IMG/VR virus record: IMGVR_UViG_3300048920_000392
Location: 7,593-71,592 of that record
Strand: one strand, 5' to 3'
Origin: a virus
Taxonomy: Duplodnaviria; Caudoviricetes
Length of the DNA: 64,000 nucleotides
The translations under genes were made by a program, and so were the position numbers. Below the pieces are notes generated by a model, which saw nothing but the letters and a program-made list of their open reading frames with translations, searched no databases and was not told where the DNA came from. Shown here piece after piece: positions 8,574 through 17,992 of the stretch (its first letter is position 1; every line of letters starts with the position of its first letter).

Positions 8574-8688
8574 TTGTTCATCTCTGGCGCAAGTGAGCGG
8601 GCTGCATTTTCGCACCGAGCGGAACGGACGTTGCCGAGATATAGCGTATCTGCCGTAGCACCTACTCTGGGGTAGGTGCACGTACTCG

Positions 8689-9513
8689 TCAGGTATATGC
8701 CTCTCTAGCGCGTGCAAACCATTTTTCAGGGTTCGTCAACCTTCCGGTTTGTCTAAGCGTAGCCATCTGTCCCGCGAATTCTTCGAACTCATTTGCAGCT
8801 TGGGCTGCGGAACTGAGATCGGAGAGAAGTTCCGAGCGAAGCAGGGTAACGAGATTATCCGGAAACGAGGGGCGATCAGTGCCCTTGCTATATACCAACT
8901 GCAAGCGGATTTCTTCTAGCCGCTCAACCTCGGCCATTCGTGCTGTAACCTCATCCGGCTCTCGAACGCCAGTAAGAGAATTCCGAATTGCATGTTGCTT
9001 TTCGTTTAAATCTTTGACGATGCTCTTGGTGATGGCGCGCGATAAGTCGTGCTGCATGATGATAGTGCAGGGGTCAATGGCATCTTTGATGGTTGCCGGC
9101 GTCGATCCAATGCTCACCAAACTCTCATTGACTCTTTGAATGAGGTCGTACATCTCTTCATGTGGCGGAGGGCCGCTGATCCTTCCGGTCCGTGCGTACA
9201 TTGAAAGTGATGCTTTGCCTGTTATTTCCGCAACCATCTTGATCTGCGCAAGGAGGCGGCTAGCCTCGCTAATCTTGATGTCAAGGGTTGTGAGCTTGGC
9301 CTCCATGCCGAGGCCTTTTAAAGTTTCGAAACGTTCAATTGTGGCTGCAAAAAATAGAACCAAAGCAGCGCCCATGAGGGATAGGGCAGGTGTGACTCGC
9401 CAGTCAATGGCCGCGAGAACCCCAAGGAACAAGCAGATGCAGCCCGCGATCAAAAGTAATCCGGCCACCACGTTGTAAATCCGTTGCCTCCAATTCTGAT
9501 CCTGCTTGGACAT
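8689..9513 (-). CDS. Moron: membrane protein with two N-terminal TM helices and cytoplasmic helical domain
   Basis: Lower GC, antisense to the phage operon; hydrophobic residues about 13-58 followed by FETLKGLGMEAKL. Confidence 0.8.
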   Translation of the reverse strand: MSKQDQNWRQRIYNVVAGLLLIAGCICLFLGVLAAIDWRVTPALSLMGAALVLFFAATIERFETLKGLGMEAKLTTLDIKISEASRLLAQIKMVAEITGKASLSMYARTGRISGPPPHEEMYDLIQRVNESLVSIGSTPATIKDAIDPCTIIMQHDLSRAITKSIVKDLNEKQHAIRNSLTGVREPDEVTARMAEVERLEEIRLQLVYSKGTDRPSFPDNLVTLLRSELLSDLSSAAQAANEFEEFAGQMATLRQTGRLTNPEKWFARAREAYT

Positions 9514-9539
9514 GCTATTTCTCCTGAAATCCTGAAAAA

Positions 9540-9710
9540 TCATCCGCACATGTTCCGCATGCGGAAGAAATCATCCGCATGCGGAACCGCAGTTGCCGCG
9601 GGAACCATCATCGTGCCCTAATCCCTATCGTGGGCGGTCCTGCGGGTTCCGCACAGTATGGAGGCCGTAGGTCGGCTGGACTCGGGAGGTCCGCCGGCCT
9701 GCGGCCTTCG
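9540..9710. repeat. Palindrome-rich structured non-coding element
   Basis: TTCCGCATGCGGAA 9553, TCCGCATGCGGA 9574, inverted repeat 9580/9640, long hairpin about 9663-9706. Confidence 0.6.
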
Positions 9711-9739
9711 ATTTTTCCTGAGCCCGAGCACTCCCACGG

Positions 9740-10213
9740 TTACGCGACCTTGTCGTATGCGTCCAGGTGATGTCCGCTCTCCTGAGCCTCCCAGCCCAGC
9801 ATCGCCAGGCCGACCGTCTTCGGAATGGGCCGCTCGCCGCTGCGGTAGTACGCCAGCATGCGGCGGCTGATTCCAAGCGCGTCGGCGGCGGTGTCCAGCG
9901 ACAGGCCGTGGTGGTGCATCCATGCAACGACCTGCTGATGCGAGTATTCGCCGGTCTGCTCGATTGCCATGGCCCGCAGGTTGTCGCTGGCCAAGGTCAG
10001 ATCGTCGTCATTGGCAAAGATGACGCCGCGATTCCATTCATCTGGAGCGACGGCGCGGAAGACAGCCGGGTCGGTTAGCCTCGCAAGCGAGGGATGGTTG
10101 GCGATCACCTCGCTGAGGTCGACAACGGCATCAAGGCCGTCACCGAACTGCAGGCCGAGGCGACCCGTTGCCAGGGCCGCGACGTTTCGGATCACAAATT
10201 GCGGCTGGTTCAT
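9740..10213 (-). CDS. DUF2442 + XRE HTH protein (putative antitoxin)
   Basis: LGLQFGDG...VDLSE...FRAV N-domain; LSLDTAADALGISRRMLAYYRSGERPIP HTH. Confidence 0.85.
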   Translation of the reverse strand: MNQPQFVIRNVAALATGRLGLQFGDGLDAVVDLSEVIANHPSLARLTDPAVFRAVAPDEWNRGVIFANDDDLTLASDNLRAMAIEQTGEYSHQQVVAWMHHHGLSLDTAADALGISRRMLAYYRSGERPIPKTVGLAMLGWEAQESGHHLDAYDKVA

Positions 10214-10440
10214 GGGTTCAACTCCTGCCATTTGGCGGTGAGGGTTGGAATGTTCGCCCCGGCCCATGCGAGGGCTTCGGCCAGCTCGCGGGGCTTGATC
10301 GAACCGGACAGCACTGAGAGGGTCTCGATGACGATCAGGGCTTCACGGCCGTCGCGCATCCTTACGTGGAAGTGCGGCGGCTGATGATCAGCGGCGTACA
10401 TCGTGATGGTGCAGTTCTGGAGGCGGCTGATCGTCGGCAT
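10210..10440 (-). CDS. DUF4160 protein (putative toxin)
   Basis: MPTISRL...ITMYAADHQPPHFHV...ALAWA...KWQELN; 4-nt overlap with the DUF2442 gene. Confidence 0.88.
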   Translation of the reverse strand: MPTISRLQNCTITMYAADHQPPHFHVRMRDGREALIVIETLSVLSGSIKPRELAEALAWAGANIPTLTAKWQELNP

Positions 10441-10451
10441 GGGCACAGTAT

Positions 10452-10485
10452 AGTGCAACCATTGCACCAGTGCAACCATTGCACT
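10452..10485. promoter_or_regulatory. Tandem palindromic operators GTGCAA-CCA-TTGCAC
   Basis: Two exact copies 17 bp apart, directly upstream of the DUF4160 start. Confidence 0.7.
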
Positions 10486-10632
10486 TGATAGAAAGACAGG
10501 GGGCGACCCGATGCTGGCAGGCATCGGGCCGCCACCGCAGACGCGCGTATGAACCGCGTGCCATTGGCCAGGCCCTGCTGCTCTCCGGAGAGCGTGTCAA
10601 GTCTGGCCGAACGCAGTTTCATAGGCTGAGAA

Positions 10633-11397
10633 TTGAAGACGAGAACCATGTTTCCATGGCCTGGTGGGAAGACCAGGCTTGCGGCGCACCTGTTGCCGCT
10701 GATCCACGCCCGACCCCATACCTGCTACGTCGAGGCCTTCGCGGGCAGCGCGGCCATCCTGTTCCAGCGAGAGCCGGCCAAGGTGGAGGTACTCAACGAC
10801 ACCCACGGCGAGCTGGTACGGCTGTACCGCGTAGTGGCCAACCACCTTGACGAGTTCGTGCGGCACTTCCGATGGTCGCTGACCAGCCGGGAGATGTTCC
10901 GATGGGCACAGCTGCAGAACGTAGAGACGCTGACAGACATCCAGCGCGCCGCGCGGTTCTACTACCTGCAGAAGCTGAGCTTCGGCGGTAGGGTGCAGGG
11001 GCAGACGCTGGGGGTAGGGCCGACATCAACAAAGCGGATCAACCTGCTTCGGCTGGAGCAAGACCTGAGTGACGCCCACCTGCGGTTGCAGGGTGTGGTG
11101 GTCGAGCAGTTGCCATGGCAGCGGTGCATCGAGAAGTACGACCGGGCGGAGACCGTGTTCCTCCTGGACCCGCCGTACTGGGACACCATTGGCTACGGAA
11201 ACGACTTCCCCATCGAGCAGTACCAGCAGCTGGCCGAGGTAATGGCGGGCCTGAAGGGCAGGGCGATCCTGACCATCAACGACCACCCGGCGATGCGCGC
11301 GCTGTTCGATCGCTTTCAGTGCATCAGCGTGCCCATCCGCTACACGGTTGGCGGCGGCGCCGGTGCGGCGCGGACTGAGCTGATCTACACCACCTGA
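10633..11397 (+). CDS. DNA adenine methyltransferase (D12/Dam class)
   Basis: FPWPGGK, YVEAFAGSAAI, VLND and LDPPY motifs. Confidence 0.93.
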   Translation: MKTRTMFPWPGGKTRLAAHLLPLIHARPHTCYVEAFAGSAAILFQREPAKVEVLNDTHGELVRLYRVVANHLDEFVRHFRWSLTSREMFRWAQLQNVETLTDIQRAARFYYLQKLSFGGRVQGQTLGVGPTSTKRINLLRLEQDLSDAHLRLQGVVVEQLPWQRCIEKYDRAETVFLLDPPYWDTIGYGNDFPIEQYQQLAEVMAGLKGRAILTINDHPAMRALFDRFQCISVPIRYTVGGGAGAARTELIYTT

Positions 11398-11494
11398 CCG
11401 GGCTACGTGCTCGGCATACTTTTTGCCCGCCTCCAGACCGGATCAACCATCGCGCCCAGCCGGCCGCGAGGCGGGCACCTATCCCGGGATCACC

Positions 11495-12007
11495 ATGGCA
11501 CGCATCACCTCCCAACACGCAGGCGGCGCAAACGTCGTCGCATTCCTGGACATGCTGGCCTGGTCCGAGGGGACCAGCACCAGCCCGGCGACGAAGGACG
11601 ATGGCTACGATGTGATCGTGACCGGTTCGGATCGAAAGTCGGAAATTTTCACCGACTACTCCGTGCACCCGTTCTCGCGCGGCCGCAAGTCCAAGGTGAT
11701 CAACGGCAAGGGCCTGACGTCGAACGCGTCCGGGCGCTACCAATTCATGCTGAAGGACTATGCGCACTACCGGGGGCAGCTGCAGCTCCCAGATTTCGGG
11801 CCTATTTCGCAGGACCGTTGGGCAATCCAGTTGATTCGTGAGCGCCGCGCGCTGCCCCTGATCCAAACTGGACGAATCCCCGAGGCGATTGCCGCCGTCC
11901 GCAACATCTGGGCCAGCCTGCCCGGCGCCGGGTATGGCCAGTTTGAGCACAAGCTCGACAGCCTGCTGTCGGCATACCGCAAGGCCGGCGGGACACTGGT
12001 GTCGTGA
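11495..12007 (+). CDS. Endolysin, lambda R-type lytic transglycosylase
   Basis: AFLDMLAWSEGT...GYDVIV...SNASGRYQF...IWASLPGAGYGQ. Confidence 0.93.
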   Translation: MARITSQHAGGANVVAFLDMLAWSEGTSTSPATKDDGYDVIVTGSDRKSEIFTDYSVHPFSRGRKSKVINGKGLTSNASGRYQFMLKDYAHYRGQLQLPDFGPISQDRWAIQLIRERRALPLIQTGRIPEAIAAVRNIWASLPGAGYGQFEHKLDSLLSAYRKAGGTLVS

Positions 12008-12459
12008 CCGAGCCCGTGAGCACCATGAAAATCGCTGTAGGGACCTTCACCGCGGCAGTTGTGGCGCCTGCCACGGCTGATGCATTGCGTGAAGCTGAGC
12101 GCATCATCCTGGGCGTGCCCCAATCGGTACTGCTGGTGGCGATGGCCGGCGCGCTCATTGGTGTGTTGCTGCTGCCGGAGAAAGACGCCGAGCGGGTGGC
12201 CGCAGATGCTGGCCGGCGCCGGGGGCACCGCTTGCTGCAGACCGTCGCGCGCTGGCTGGCGCTGGGCGTGGCAGTGGTCGCCTATGCCATCGTGGCCGCA
12301 TGGGTCATCGCAGTCGCGGCATCCATTTTTACGTCCCTGGCCGGGGCGCCGCAGCTTCCGCTTGCAGGTCTTTCCGGGGTCATGATTCGCCGGCTGTTGC
12401 CTGGCTACGTGCGGCTAGTGGAGAAGGCCACGGGCACCATCGGAGGTGAAAAGCCATGA
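12004..12459 (+). CDS. Putative holin
   Basis: 3-4 TM segments; lies between endolysin and spanins. Confidence 0.65.
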   Translation: MTEPVSTMKIAVGTFTAAVVAPATADALREAERIILGVPQSVLLVAMAGALIGVLLLPEKDAERVAADAGRRRGHRLLQTVARWLALGVAVVAYAIVAAWVIAVAASIFTSLAGAPQLPLAGLSGVMIRRLLPGYVRLVEKATGTIGGEKP

Positions 12460-12938
12460 GCGGCCTGATTCGATTGGCGACAGCGCTGTGGGGCCTGATC
12501 GTTGACGCGCTCACCGAGGCGGTGGTCTGGCTGCGCAAGCCTGGTAGCAAGATCAAGGTGGTGTGCGCGGTGCTGGCCTTCGGATTCATGGTGGCCGGGC
12601 TCTCCGCGTATGAGAAGGAGCAGCGAATTCAGGACCTGAGCGCGCAGGTGGTGAAGGTACGCGCGGACTGGAAAGCCGATACCGCGCGCCTGCAGTCCGA
12701 TGTCGAGGAACGCGATACGCGTCTCGCCGAGGTGGCGGCGACGCTGCGGGCCGAAGCGAAGAAGCTGGAAGCCATGAAGGCCGAAAGCGCCGCTGCCCTG
12801 AACGGGTTGGCCATCAAGATCGAGGCGGCTGAGAAGGATGCCACCACCTGGCGCGAGCGATACCAGCAGCGGCCTGACAGCTGCAAAGCCGCGCTCGAGC
12901 TGCTCGACTCGGCCTGCCCGGCTCTGAGGGGATACTGA
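12456..12938 (+). CDS. i-spanin (Rz-like)
   Basis: N-terminal TM then long coiled coil with Cys near C-terminus. Confidence 0.75.
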   Translation: MSGLIRLATALWGLIVDALTEAVVWLRKPGSKIKVVCAVLAFGFMVAGLSAYEKEQRIQDLSAQVVKVRADWKADTARLQSDVEERDTRLAEVAATLRAEAKKLEAMKAESAAALNGLAIKIEAAEKDATTWRERYQQRPDSCKAALELLDSACPALRGY

Positions 12939-12939
12939 C

Positions 12940-13212
12940 ATGCGCCTCTTCGTTATCGCTGCGGCGTCTCTGCTGGCGGGTTGCCAGTCAGCTGCCCACA
13001 AACAGAACCCACCAGCGCCTGCCGTTATCAACGTGCAGGTGGCCACCTATGTGCCCATCGACGCCGCGCTGCGGAAGCGCTGCAGCTGGGAGCGAGAGGG
13101 TAAGCCCTCCGCCGTGTTCCAGGTCAGCAACGGCCGAAAGCGCTGCCTGCTGCAATACGAGGCCCAGCTCGATGGCATCGACGGCACGCAGGGCAAGCCG
13201 GTTCCACGTTGA
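12940..13212 (+). CDS. o-spanin lipoprotein (Rz1-like)
   Basis: Lipobox LLAGC; Pro-rich; follows i-spanin. Confidence 0.8.
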   Translation: MRLFVIAAASLLAGCQSAAHKQNPPAPAVINVQVATYVPIDAALRKRCSWEREGKPSAVFQVSNGRKRCLLQYEAQLDGIDGTQGKPVPR

Positions 13213-13216
13213 CTGA

Positions 13217-13249
13217 GAAAAGGGGGCGGCCTGTCTGATCACCGCCCCC
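13217..13249 (-). terminator. Intrinsic terminator
   Basis: GGGGGCGG...CCGCCCCC stem with A-run on the left (U-tract on minus strand), just after the YegP-like stop. Confidence 0.6.
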
Positions 13250-13256
13250 AAAAGGA

Positions 13257-13466
13257 TCAGCTGATCAATTCGTCCGCGTCGGAATCCCAGATCAGGGCGT
13301 CGGCGGCAATCGAACTGACCAGCCGCGCGCCGTGCACGCAGTCGGATCGCCTTTTGTAGCCCTCTGCGCTATCAGCAATGATCTTGCTGTTCTTTGCGAA
13401 GAGCCTCCACCTGTACTCGCCAGCGTTGTCCTTGTAGATCACGAACTGCTCGGGGTGTCCCGTCAT
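13257..13466 (-). CDS. YegP/DUF1508 family protein
   Basis: FVIYKDNAGEYRWRLFAKNSKIIADSAEGYKRRSDC. Confidence 0.88.
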   Translation of the reverse strand: MTGHPEQFVIYKDNAGEYRWRLFAKNSKIIADSAEGYKRRSDCVHGARLVSSIAADALIWDSDADELIS

Positions 13467-13559
13467 GCCGTTCTCCTTGTGACCGGAATGGTCAACGCGA
13501 CTGTATGTGACCTTCATCAGGCACAGCCATGCTCAGACCTGTGGATAAGCTGTTGATAT

Positions 13560-13640
13560 GTCGGGGCGGGGGCCCCTGGGCGCTTCCCGGTCCACCGGGG
13601 GGAATTCGGACCCCGGTAATTGAGCGTTTTTCGGCCTCTA
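13560..13640. other. Probable cos/packaging region
   Basis: Non-coding GC-rich symmetric segment directly upstream of a lambda-type small terminase; exact cut site not determined. Confidence 0.35.
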
Positions 13641-13729
13641 GGGTGCTCCACCACAGGCCGGTGATTTCCGCCGCTTTTCAGGGGAAAAGAGGGCTTTTAG
13701 CGACAGACGAGCTGCGCATCGGGTAGGAC

Positions 13730-14230
13730 ATGGCCGACATTCGAGACTTCACCCAAGGCTGGTCAGTCGCCCGCCTGGCGGACGAGTTCGGCATGGATCG
13801 GCGCACCGCTGCTAAGCGGTTGAGAGAAGCCGGCGTGCCGCCCGCAGCGAAGCGGAATGGCAACGATGTGTACCGCCTGGCTGACGCGGCGCCGGCGATG
13901 GTGCAGGTGCAGGCCGGGGCTGTCGGCGCTGACGGCGTGGTCGACCCGTGCGATCTGCCGCCGATGGAGCGCCGCGCCTTCTACCAATCGGAGAACGAGC
14001 GCCTGAAGGTCGAGACGACGACCGGCCAGCTGGTGCCGGCGGCGGAGGTCGAGGCGGATTACGCCGCGCTGGTGAAGAAGGTTGTGCAGTTCTTCGACAC
14101 GCTGCCGGACGTGCTGGAGCGCAAAGCCGGGCTCAGGCCTGAGCAGGTGGTGAAGGTGCAGGACGAATGCGATCGCGTCCGTCAGTCGATGTTCGAGGCA
14201 ATCACTGATGACGTACGCGACAGCGCGTGA
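13730..14230 (+). CDS. Terminase small subunit (Nu1-like/DUF1441)
   Basis: N-terminal HTH WSVARLADEFGMDRRTAAKRL; RAFYQSENERLK...GQLVPAAEV coiled coil. Confidence 0.9.
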   Translation: MADIRDFTQGWSVARLADEFGMDRRTAAKRLREAGVPPAAKRNGNDVYRLADAAPAMVQVQAGAVGADGVVDPCDLPPMERRAFYQSENERLKVETTTGQLVPAAEVEADYAALVKKVVQFFDTLPDVLERKAGLRPEQVVKVQDECDRVRQSMFEAITDDVRDSA

Positions 14231-16292
14231 GGTTCGGTTGGGCGTAGCGGAGATGATCCGGCCGCCCAGGCGCATCAACGTGAGCGAAGGCGCCAAGGCG
14301 CTGCACGTCGCCAACGCCAGCGGCGCCGCAGGCGCGTGGGACCCGACCGTGTCGCCGTACATGGTCGAGCCGTTGAACATGACCGGTAGCCGTCAGTACG
14401 AGGCAGTGGTATTCGTGGGCCCGGCTCGATCCGGCAAGACGATATCGCTGATCGACGCACGGCTGGCGTATCTGATCACCTGCAACCCGGCCGACACCAT
14501 GGTCGTGCAGATGTCCAAGGACGCGGCCGAGGACTACAGCAAGACGCGCATCGCCCGCGGCATCGCCGCCAGTCCTGAACTGCGGAAGCGGCTCAGTCCT
14601 CGCGCCCACGACGACAACATTCTGCTGAAGTTCTTTCGGTCGGGCATGTCGCTGCGGATGGGGTGGCCCTCGATATCGGTGCTGTCGGGCAAGGACATCC
14701 ATGACGTCCTGATGACTGACGTGGACAATTACACCGGTGATCTGGGCATTGACGAGTGCTTCGGCCTGGCGCTGAAACGAACGCAGACGTTTATGTCGGC
14801 CGGCATGGTGGTCGCTGAGTCCAGCCCGGCCACGGATTACACCGACGGGGCCTGGAAGCCGGCGCACGCTCACCAGGGCCCGCCAGCGGCCGGCATCGCC
14901 GCCTTGTACGCACGCGGCGACCGGCGTCGCTGGTACTGGCCGTGCCCGGAATGCGGTGAGCGATTCATCGCCGCGCCGGGGTACGAGGGCTTCGCGCTCC
15001 CGCCGATGGAAGAGCTGCTTGAGCGGGTACAGGTCGACGATATCCAGCAGATGGCGCGCCGGTACTCGCTGCTGCACTGCCCGCGGTGCGGCGTTGGTCT
15101 GGAACATCGCTGGAAAGACGATATGAACCAGGCCGGCGTGTGGGCGGCCGAAGGCCAGATCGTCTACCCAAACGGCACAGTGGTCGGAGAGGCGCTGGAG
15201 ACACGCATCGCGAGCTACTGGCTTGGAGGTGTGGCGGCCGCCTACCAGTCGTGGGAATCGTTGATAGAGCGCTACCTGCAGGCGTTGCGCACGTTCGCGA
15301 CGACAGGCGAGGAGCGCCCGCTCAAGACCACGCACAACGTCGATGGTGCAATCAACTACGTCCCGATGGCGGCGCGCTCTTCCAGCGATCCCAACGAGAT
15401 GAGCGAGCGCGCGGAAGGTTGGCCGGCCAACACAGTACCTGCCGGTGTTCGCTTCCTGATCGCGACGGTCGACGTGCAGGCAAACCGGTTCGTGGTGCTC
15501 GTCTTGGGCTACGGCGTAGGCGAGAACGGAGACCTTGAGCGCTGGGTGGTTGACTCCTTCACGCTGCGTACGTCCAAGCGTGAGGACGGATCGGGTGGCT
15601 TCTTGCCACTGGACCCCCCCAAGTACCTGGAGGACTGGGAGCGGTTGGTAGAGAAGGTGATCGGCCGCCGATACCCGCTGAACGATGAAACGGGCCGCAC
15701 AATGCCGGTGCGTGCGGTCGGCATCGACTGGGGCGGCAAATCGGGGACGTCGATTCGCGCGCTGGAATTCTGGCGTTCGTTGAAGGCGCGGCAGCTGCAT
15801 GCACGGGTCCGGTTGGTGAAGGGCGACGCCAACCGCAGCGGCGCACTGTTCCGCGAAACCTACCCCGATAGCCGCAAACGCAAGGACCGCAAATCCGGGT
15901 CCGCCGGTGACGTTCCACAGCTGTTGCTCAACGTCGATCGGCTGAAGGACACCGTTGACGCCAACATCAAGCGTGCAGAGCCCGGTCCGGGCTACTACCA
16001 CTTCCCCGATTGGCTGCCCGAAGCATTCTTCGCGGAACTGACCGCCGAGACGCGGACGCCAAACGGCTGGAAGAACCTGGCTGGACGCCGCAACGAAGCA
16101 TTCGACCTCACCGGCTACGCCGAAGGTCTTGCCTTTTGGCTCAAGGTCCCGGCCATCCGGTGGGACGCGCCGCCGCTGTGGGCGGCGGATTGGGACAACA
16201 ACCCTGATGTGGTCGTCGGCGATGCCGGCGCGGCCTTCGCGCCGCGCGCGCGCCCACGTCGCGTCATCCGCAGTAAGTACTTGGGACGCTGA
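14208..16292 (+). CDS. Terminase large subunit (gpA family)
   Basis: Walker A GPARSGKT, ESSP, zinc fingers CPECG/CPRCG, TVDVQ nuclease motif, RNEAFD. Confidence 0.96.
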   Translation: MTYATAREVRLGVAEMIRPPRRINVSEGAKALHVANASGAAGAWDPTVSPYMVEPLNMTGSRQYEAVVFVGPARSGKTISLIDARLAYLITCNPADTMVVQMSKDAAEDYSKTRIARGIAASPELRKRLSPRAHDDNILLKFFRSGMSLRMGWPSISVLSGKDIHDVLMTDVDNYTGDLGIDECFGLALKRTQTFMSAGMVVAESSPATDYTDGAWKPAHAHQGPPAAGIAALYARGDRRRWYWPCPECGERFIAAPGYEGFALPPMEELLERVQVDDIQQMARRYSLLHCPRCGVGLEHRWKDDMNQAGVWAAEGQIVYPNGTVVGEALETRIASYWLGGVAAAYQSWESLIERYLQALRTFATTGEERPLKTTHNVDGAINYVPMAARSSSDPNEMSERAEGWPANTVPAGVRFLIATVDVQANRFVVLVLGYGVGENGDLERWVVDSFTLRTSKREDGSGGFLPLDPPKYLEDWERLVEKVIGRRYPLNDETGRTMPVRAVGIDWGGKSGTSIRALEFWRSLKARQLHARVRLVKGDANRSGALFRETYPDSRKRKDRKSGSAGDVPQLLLNVDRLKDTVDANIKRAEPGPGYYHFPDWLPEAFFAELTAETRTPNGWKNLAGRRNEAFDLTGYAEGLAFWLKVPAIRWDAPPLWAADWDNNPDVVVGDAGAAFAPRARPRRVIRSKYLGR

Positions 16293-16293
16293 T

Positions 16294-16509
16294 ATGGCAT
16301 TCACGAAAGAGCAGGTGGCAACGCTGGAGGCGGCGATCGCATCCGGTGTGCTGACTGTCCGATACGCCGACCGCACGGTCACCTACCAGAGTCTCGATGC
16401 CATGAGACGCGTGCTCCGGCAGATGCGTGGGGAGGTGTCGGCCACCACCGGAGCAAAAACCCGTCGACGCACCATCCGTCTTTTCCAATCGGGGACCGGC
16501 AATGTCTGA
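16294..16509 (+). CDS. Head-tail joining protein (gpW-like)
   Basis: LEAAIASGVLTVRYADRTVTYQSLDAM. Confidence 0.9.
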   Translation: MAFTKEQVATLEAAIASGVLTVRYADRTVTYQSLDAMRRVLRQMRGEVSATTGAKTRRRTIRLFQSGTGNV

Positions 16510-17992
16510 TGCTGCCGAGGGTACTTACCGTGCAGCCGGCAACGGCCGTCGCCTGCGCATGTTCCGCCCCATGTCGCTGGGCCCGAATGCGGCGCTTCTC
16601 GGCCTCCCAACCCTGCTGGCGCGGGCACGGCACCTGGCCCGCAACGACCCATGGATGGTCAGTGCCCTCAACAAGAGCGTTTCCAACGGCATTGCCACGG
16701 GAATCCAGGCAAAGGCGATCTGGGGCACTCCGGAATTCAAGGCACGAGCGGCGAGCCTGTGGAAGCGCTGGAGCAAGTACAGCGATGCCGACGGCGTGCT
16801 GGACTGGGGCGGTTTGCAGGCGTTGGCATGGAGGGAATGGAAGGAGGCAGGTGAGGTGTTCGGGCGAATCCGGTTCCGCCGCGCGGAGGACGGCCTTCCC
16901 GTCCCCATGCAGGTCCAGCTGATCGAGTCGGAACAGTGCCCGCAGTACTTCAACAGCGTGGCGAGCAATGGAAACGCCATCCGCCACGGTATCGAGTTCG
17001 ATCGCATCGGCCGCCGCGTTGCCTACTGGATGTTCCGTGAGCATCCGGGTGATGCACAGATAGCGGTGGATGGGAACGAACTGGTCCGCGTGCCTGCCGA
17101 GCAGGTGATTCACCTCTACCGGCCCAGCCGCGCCGGTGCCATGCGAGGCGTGCCCAGTTCGGCTGCCACCCTGCTACGGATGTTCAACCTGGACAGGTTG
17201 GACGATGCGGTACTCGAGCGGCAGGCCATCGCCAACCTGTTCGCCGGCTTCTACACCGTCCCCGAGTCCCCCGACGGGGACGGTGACACGCATATGGTCG
17301 GCGACCTGCAGAGCGGCGAGGATGCCGACGGCACGCCGTTGGGCGGCTTGGAACCGGCGACCATGCAGGAATTGCCGCCAGGCTACGACGTGAAGTTCGC
17401 CGAGCCGCCGAGCGCGGGGTCGGACTACGCAGAATTCCTGCGCGGCCACCTGATGGCGATCGCGGCTGGTCAGGACGTTCCGTATGAGGTGCTGACCGGT
17501 GACCTGCGAGGGGTATCCGACCGCGCGCTGCGCCTGATCCTCAACGAGTTCCGGCGGGTCATCGAGCAGGACCAGTGGTTGTTCATGATCCCGATGTTCT
17601 GCCAGCGCATTCGCGATGCCTGGTTTGATCAGGCAGTGCTGGTGGGCGCGCTGAACGTACCCGGCTACGCCGAGCTGCGCGATGACGTCACCGAGACCCT
17701 GTGGGTGCCGGAGGGCTGGCCCTGGAGCCATCCCGTGCAAGACGTGGGCGCCGAATCCAAGGCCGTTCGCGCCGGCTTCAAGTCCCGTACGAAGGTGGTC
17801 CTGGGCGCTGGCGAAGACCCCGAGCAGGTTGATGCTGAGATCGCTGCCGACAACGATCGTGCCGACAGCTTGGGCCTGACGTTCGACAGCGATCCACGGC
17901 GCACCAACTCCAGCGGTACTGGCCAGTCCAGCAACAAGTCTCCCGGCGCCGGAAACGACGCCACCGATGAAGGAAATGATGATGACCAATAA
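16502..17992 (+). CDS. Portal protein, lambda family
   Basis: LLARARHLARNDPW...GIEFDRIGRRVAYW...RGVP...YEVLTGDL. Confidence 0.95.
   Translation: MSDAAEGTYRAAGNGRRLRMFRPMSLGPNAALLGLPTLLARARHLARNDPWMVSALNKSVSNGIATGIQAKAIWGTPEFKARAASLWKRWSKYSDADGVLDWGGLQALAWREWKEAGEVFGRIRFRRAEDGLPVPMQVQLIESEQCPQYFNSVASNGNAIRHGIEFDRIGRRVAYWMFREHPGDAQIAVDGNELVRVPAEQVIHLYRPSRAGAMRGVPSSAATLLRMFNLDRLDDAVLERQAIANLFAGFYTVPESPDGDGDTHMVGDLQSGEDADGTPLGGLEPATMQELPPGYDVKFAEPPSAGSDYAEFLRGHLMAIAAGQDVPYEVLTGDLRGVSDRALRLILNEFRRVIEQDQWLFMIPMFCQRIRDAWFDQAVLVGALNVPGYAELRDDVTETLWVPEGWPWSHPVQDVGAESKAVRAGFKSRTKVVLGAGEDPEQVDAEIAADNDRADSLGLTFDSDPRRTNSSGTGQSSNKSPGAGNDATDEGNDDDQ

Noticed and set aside
10500-10632. Com-like zinc-finger translational activator upstream of the methyltransferase
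   Set aside because: No ORF with the CxxC...CxxC pattern in this gap
14202-16382. 726-aa minus-strand ORF
   Set aside because: Antisense shadow of terL in high-GC DNA; no motifs
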